Assembly (NCBI GenBank): GCA_029953675.1
Contig: JAMWBK010000006.1
Coordinates: 1,054,001 to 1,118,000 of the forward strand
DNA: 64,000 nucleotides
Direction of reading: 5' to 3'
Origin: Rhodosorus marinus CCMP1338
Lineage: Eukaryota > Plantae > Rhodophyta
Shown here: piece by piece, positions 58,608 through 64,000 of the stretch
Layout: every line of letters begins with the position of its first letter
How positions within the stretch are numbered: position 1 is the first letter of the stretch
Position numbers and translations under genes: made by a program
Notes under the pieces: model-generated
What the model saw: only the letters and a program-made list of their open reading frames with translations
Database searches by the model: none
Told to the model about the DNA's origin: nothing

Positions 58608-59650
58608 GCCTTGCCTCCGTATCGCAGCAATTCAGTTCCAACTTCCTTTTACCTTTGTCCGCCGATCCGCCGCAGAACACTCCACTTCCCCTTCGACAAA
58701 GGCGATTAATAGCTGAACTAGGTCTGGTTGCTTGCTCCGTCTCACGCTTGGGTCTGCGATCTACTCACAATTCTGGTGACCGAAAGCTAGAGCTCTGGGG
58801 CTCGGGCCGCTCTATTCAAAATGCTCAACAAGCCACAGCTTTTGAATCCGGTTAACGACGTCTGTTTCTAAATCTGCTTCCGTTCACATTGAAGAACTTG
58901 AATCTCCTTGCCTGCGCGTAAGCGAGTACTCTCTGAGCCAGGCAAGACATGGGTGCAGACTCAACGGCTTTGGCTAGGGAGGAACCGCAGACGTGGATTC
59001 CATAGCTGCACCAGCTACCGTGGCTACTGCATTCTCCGTTCACAAAGATAACCTATATCTGCTGTCCACTGGAGGGCGGTGAACCATAGCGATGCTTTCT
59101 ACACTAAAACAGAATTGGCGTGGGCTTAGTATAATTTCTCCACGAGGAAAGCAAGTTCTTGTAGAACAACCTTGGGAGCCCAGCAGGTCCTGAAGAGCTA
59201 TCACATGTCCCGCTCGATGGATCCCCAGTCACATCCGCACTCCGTCAGAAGCGACGAAAGCGTACCTTTCCGAACCAGATGGTAGAAAACAAGAACGTCC
59301 TCTTACATTGCACACATGACGTTTTCCGTCACCACCACGGGAAACTTCTTCAGGGTCGAGTTTTGTGTATTTCCAGTCGAGGCGCTTGCCATCATGAAAG
59401 CAAACGCTTAGGATAATAGTAATGAAAATACAATGAATTTCAGGAAAGAGGGTTTGCAGTTCCAAGAAAAAAGCAGTAGTTTCCTATCATGACGGATGAA
59501 GCCGACCCCACCTCATCTCTGAAAAAAAAAGAGCGAATCTCTTATGAAAGTACGCGATGGGGACGTTGGAGGGGATATATACAGTGGAAGGGGTGGGGGG
59601 GATGGGGGGGGTTGAGGGGAAGAGTGGGTTGACTTGGAGCCTCGAGGGGG

Positions 59651-59837
59651 AAAGCTTTTTGCGTTTAGCTGGGTGTCGAGAAGGAACCTTGGGCGTTTAG
59701 ATGTGAAGGGCAAGGGAGGAGAAGGTTGATTGAGAGAAATCTAAAGCTTTTTGCGTTTAGCTGGTTTTCGAGAAGGAACCTTGTGCATTTAGATGTGAAG
59801 GGCAAGGGAGGAGAAGGTTGATTGAGAGAAATCTAAA
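59651..59837 (+). repeat. 92-bp tandem duplication upstream of PP2C
   Basis: aaagctttttgcgtttagctgg...gagagaaatctaaa at 59651 and 59743. Confidence 0.9.
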
Positions 59838-59985
59838 CTGACTCTGTGTTGGGATTTCCTTCGATTTTTTTCTTTTGGGTTGGCTGTTGAGTGGGCGACT
59901 GGGGATAGAGGGGGGGAGGAGGGAGCGTTTGGGTTCCTTTTGGGGGGGGGGGGAGGGAGAGAAGTCTTGGTGTATGTGTTGAAGA

Positions 59986-62248
59986 ATGTTGAAGCGTTTT
60001 CGGAAGCGGTTAGGGAAGGGGGAGGAAGGTGCCGGAGCGGCGGAGGATGGTAAGGAGGAAACTGTGCAGGATGGCGTGAAGGGGAGAAACGGGGGGGAGG
60101 AAGATCTCGTAGGTGTGGGGGAGCAAGGTCCTGAGCTGGCGGAATCCCAGGAAGATGATGAGGAGGCCACAGGGGCGATCGATGCAGACGGATTGAGAGC
60201 AGCGAGGGCCAGACTGTCTTTAGATGATGGAACAATCCGATCTCAGCCAAATGATGCCGCGACGGTCACAAGAAAGCCTACAGAAGGTATGATATTAACA
60301 CAGGTTGGTTTTTTTCCTGCGCTTGTACGTCATCTAATCTTCGTGGTGCTTCTGTCGCTAGAGGAGTTAGATAAACCCGAGAAAGCGGCCCCCGAGCCGA
60401 ACGTGATCTCAGAAGGGCCAAGCGATTCTGCAGAGGGCAGGGTTGCAAGGAAAAGTAACCTTGAGCTGCCGGTCTTAGTAGGAACCTCCGGTCTTGCAGG
60501 ATGGGAACCGTTGCAAGGACCGTATCGAAGACGCTCAGTTGAAATTCGCAAGGAGAATCAGGTATGTCGAACAGGAATCATAGAAAGAAGTTTCTCCGTG
60601 TACCCGTGGTTGGAGGTCGTACCACCTGCTTGGACTACCCTAGCTTCCATCACCGAATTGTGCGGGTATTGTTGTGCTCTTCCCATCAAAGCTTGTTCTC
60701 ATAGCACCCTTGTTTTACTTTGTTAGGACGCTTTCCTTGCCTTGCTACCTTTTAACGACTCACCACAGCAGCTCTTGCTCGGCGTATTCGACGGGCATGG
60801 GGCAGAAGGTCGAAAGGTATCTCACGTAAGTGGATTCGGAAAGCGAATCTGGAGTTGGACTGCCAACGCGCAACGGCTGAATCAGGAGTTGGCCTCTTTT
60901 GGACTAAAACATGCGTACCGTTTCCTCCGCATACTTTCTTTTGATTTCAATTTTTGTAGACGGTTCGTGATGCTGTGTGCAAATCCTTAGTGGAGTACCA
61001 TAGGGAGGAAAAAGATATGCAGCTTGGCTTGCGGGACTCTGAAACGGAGAAGTCGAAGACTGAGAAACACATGAAGAGAGCGCACGCTCTGAAAACAGCC
61101 TTTCACAGAGCGGAGCAAGAGCTGTACAATCCTTTTCATGGTAGGACCGGCACAAACCTGCGATGAACGCAGCTGACAGTTCGCACAGCACTGAACTGAA
61201 CTACCCCCTTCTGCGCTTGACCGGAAAAGGAATAGACCACAAGTACAGCGGCACGACTTGCGTCCTCATATGGATAATTGAAATGGATCTTTATTGTGCC
61301 TGGGTCGGTGATTCGAGGGCTGTGATTGGCAGAGGCAACGGACTCCGTGACACGAGATTGAAGGCAATTGAGGTATCTCACGATCAGAAACCATCGCGTG
61401 CGGACGAAAAAAAGCGTATTAAAGCTGCTGGTGGGAGAATCGCGAGATGGCGAAAAGACGTCGGTCCGCTAAGAGTCTGGGTACCTACGGAGTGGATCCC
61501 GGGCTTGGCGATGACCCGTTCAATCGGAGACACGGTGAGCGGTTGGCTTGTGATAATGGTCGTGATTGAGTTGAGCGAGCTCCGAGGCATCTAATCATCT
61601 GTTAACTTTGCCACTGGACAGGTCCTCAGCGCTTTTGGGGTAACACCGTCACCTGAGATTTCGTATACGAAACTATCTCCGAGTGACATGTTTCTTATTC
61701 TTGGTTCTGACGGTGTATGGGAGTTCATGACGTCGCAGGTGAGATCAAATGCCGCCCTCCAGCTACCCTGCTGTGCTGCACTCTGTGGTCCTAATCTGAG
61801 GCTGAAAAAAAGGAGTCCCGTATTCTGATATTGTCAAAAAAAGGAAGCCGTAGACTTCATTTCATCAAAGAGAAAAGAGAAACTCGACCCAGATATGCTT
61901 GCAGAAGGACTAGTTCGGGAGGCAATCAAGAGGTGGAGGAGAAACGAGGACGTCGTTGATGACACAACCGCAGTCGTGCTCTTCCTCAACTATGAAGCTG
62001 ACCAACCCAAGGACGCATCCAAAGGCTCGCTCTTCGGGACTTTTGGGAAACCTTCATCCGGGTAAGTCTCTTTAGTGTCAAAGTTTAACACGTTTTCAGT
62101 AGAGGGGATTATGTCGTCGTCTTTCTGTGTCGAACTATGACTGAGCGGAATAACTTGCCCCTCCTTTCAAATTGCGTTCAGCAGTGTGAGGCCTGTTCTT
62201 ATTTCCGAGGACGGAAAAACGGTTGGCTTTCAGCCAAAGAATGAGTAA
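59986..62248 (+). CDS. Protein phosphatase 2C (PPM family), 8 exons: 59986-60286, 60362-60561, 60727-60825, 60960-61140, 61230-61534, 61622-61738, 61844-62061, 62182(or 62185)-62248
   Basis: Motifs in order: KENQ|DAF, GVFDGHG, SGTT, WVGDSRAV, DQKP...EKKRI, GPLRVW, GLAMTRSIGD, LILGSDGVWE, DDTTAVV; all introns GT-AG with consistent phase. Confidence 0.93.
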
Positions 62249-63935
62249 GGTCTATTCCAATGAACACATCGCGAACAGACTTTGCCATACCGGCCCGTCA
62301 TGATCTGCCGTTGGGTGCTTGTTTTGTTCCCCTGAAGAGGAGAACGGTTCTCCCTAGGCCAGCAAAGAGTTGAGTGTTTTGTCCCTCAATGGCGAGTGAC
62401 CAAAGCGTTGTGCGCCTTGGTGGGTTGTGGGTTAGACGTATCTGACTCATCACTGCCCCTTTTGCGTTGTGTGGAAATACACAGTAGGCCGCCTAGGTAC
62501 GGGCCACCAATTTAGGAAGCTTTCTCGGCTTGATTCGGGTTTTCGAATTATTGGGGACGGTTGGATTGTTCCCAGTTGGTAGGCATCCAGCAGAAAGGCG
62601 TAACCTGGAGACGACGAGGACTGGCTTCAGACTGAATTGGTGATGGCGCTCTCGGCCGCGATGCTTCGCGGAAGGACAGGCCTGACAGCGCTCCGATCAT
62701 GATTTTCAAGGCGGTTTGCGTTCTAATTGTCGTGCTTGGAGGTACCACATGCTACGCTTTGGCCATTGCTCTCGGTGGAGAGGGCCGAAATTCTCCGTTG
62801 CGCAGCCTCTGGAGCCCCATAGTCGCGACTCTGCAGCTTTTGTGTAATCTATCCGGAACCAATACAGTACAATATTAAAGAAGCAGTTGCGATTCGTCTG
62901 AGGCCGAAGAACAACACTACCGGCGTGTGAAGGCGGGGCTCGACATGGTCGATCATCCAATGCTAGTCTGAGTTGGCAGCATGCACGATACCCACATTGC
63001 AAGGCTACCCTGCAAACGCATAGATGCAAACCAAACCACGCGATATCAACTGCCGAGCCGCTCCACAACTTCTTTCTATCGACGTCGAAAGTTATAGAAT
63101 ACGGTTGCTTCCTGAGCTCAGGGAAAAAACCTTGCTCCACTCAGATCACGGTGGACAAGCACAAACCCAAACAAGACACCAGTGCGAAGCAAGCACCGGT
63201 CCCGTCCCGGCCGCAGGTGTGGTGTAGGTCAATACTCCCAGATCCTCATCAACGGCGCACCTAGCCTCAACCATCCATCACCCGCGCACAGGGAGCAAGT
63301 AGTTAGCCTCTGAATAAACGAATGATGATGAGCAACTCCAAAAAAAGAATTGACTCGTGTACCGCTTTTGTCCCAAACCAAATTGTCCCAACCATAACTC
63401 AGCCCTCCCGAAAATAAGAAATTGACAATAAAGTAAAAGCCAAGGACAAAAAAGAAAATCATGTGCAAAACGATTGAAGATCAATCATCCCCACCGTCAA
63501 TCATTTTCTTCCACCCAGTCACACCGCGGCCGGCGACGCCCTGATGATGTAACATGGGATCATCTTCTAACATAGGGGTTCCGAGTTTGTTCTTTCATTT
63601 CCGAAAAACTGTTTTTCGGTGTGATCATAGATGGGGTTGATTTATTGATGTCACCAGGTTGCTAATAGTCAAACTTTGCAGGGGGGTAGGCGATTGGATA
63701 TACCAAAAACGTGGAAGAAGGGGGGGGGGTAAAATGGTGTTTTTAGTAAATTTTGGAGGACGTGGAGGGGTTTTTTTGCTTGGGTTCGGTTTTTCGTTTT
63801 TTTTTGGTGGTCGCGGGGAGGATGATTGAAAGGGTCGAATTTGGTAGGGGAACGGAGACGGGGGAGGCCGCAGGGGAGGAGTGCGATAGGTAGGTTTGGG
63901 TGTGTGTTGTTGAGGTTTGTGGTGGAAACCTAAAA

Positions 63936-64000
63936 ATGGCGCGTGGGCAGAAGAAGCATATGAAGCGGCTTGCCGCACCGAATCATTGGATGCTTGACAA
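63936..64000 (+). CDS. RPS4: 40S ribosomal protein S4 (eS4), 5' end only
   Basis: [21 protein letters not shown](K) matches the conserved eS4 N-terminus MARGPKKHLKRL.AP.HWMLDK. Confidence 0.95.
   Translation, partial: MARGQKKHMKRLAAPNHWMLD

Noticed and set aside
59986-60726. 246-aa single-exon ORF
   Set aside because: Read-through of PP2C exons 1-2 and two introns; the spliced model restores all PP2C motifs.
63183-63200. GTGCTTGCTTCGCAC (minus strand) resembling the U6 snRNA 5' end; also ATACTTACCT (U1-like) at ~31065
   Set aside because: No ACAGAGA box or downstream U6 sequence; the U1-like string lies inside the FG-GAP CDS.
62300-63560. Minus-strand spliced gene between PP2C and RPS4
   Set aside because: Splice-like signals exist, but several incompatible frames fit equally well and no motif is recognisable; left unannotated.

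Overview
Eukaryotic, compact genome with short GT-AG introns; most likely a unicellular red alga (inference from gene content and intron style). No prokaryotic operons, CRISPR arrays, rRNA or tRNA were seen. The first ~25.5 kb is a head-to-tail tandem array of at least 7 intronless genes (one cut by the window edge) for a 266-aa secreted protein. By my recollection of the family, it matches bacterial PEP-CTERM-associated exported proteins but lacks the sorting tail. The CDSs differ by only a few residues, while the spacers are diverged mosaics. Most spacers carry a TATA-less paralog of the gene's own upstream region, and one carries a decayed CRE-like non-LTR retrotransposon fragment. The rest of the window holds a Myb/SANT-like protein, a secreted 7-bladed FG-GAP propeller protein, two C2H2 zinc-finger genes, a fascin-like beta-trefoil + 2xLIM protein, a SpoU/MRM1-like rRNA methyltransferase, a ubiquitin-like protein, a YqeY-domain gene (4 exons), a PP2C phosphatase (8 exons) and the start of RPS4. 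All family assignments come from motif recognition by eye, not database searches.
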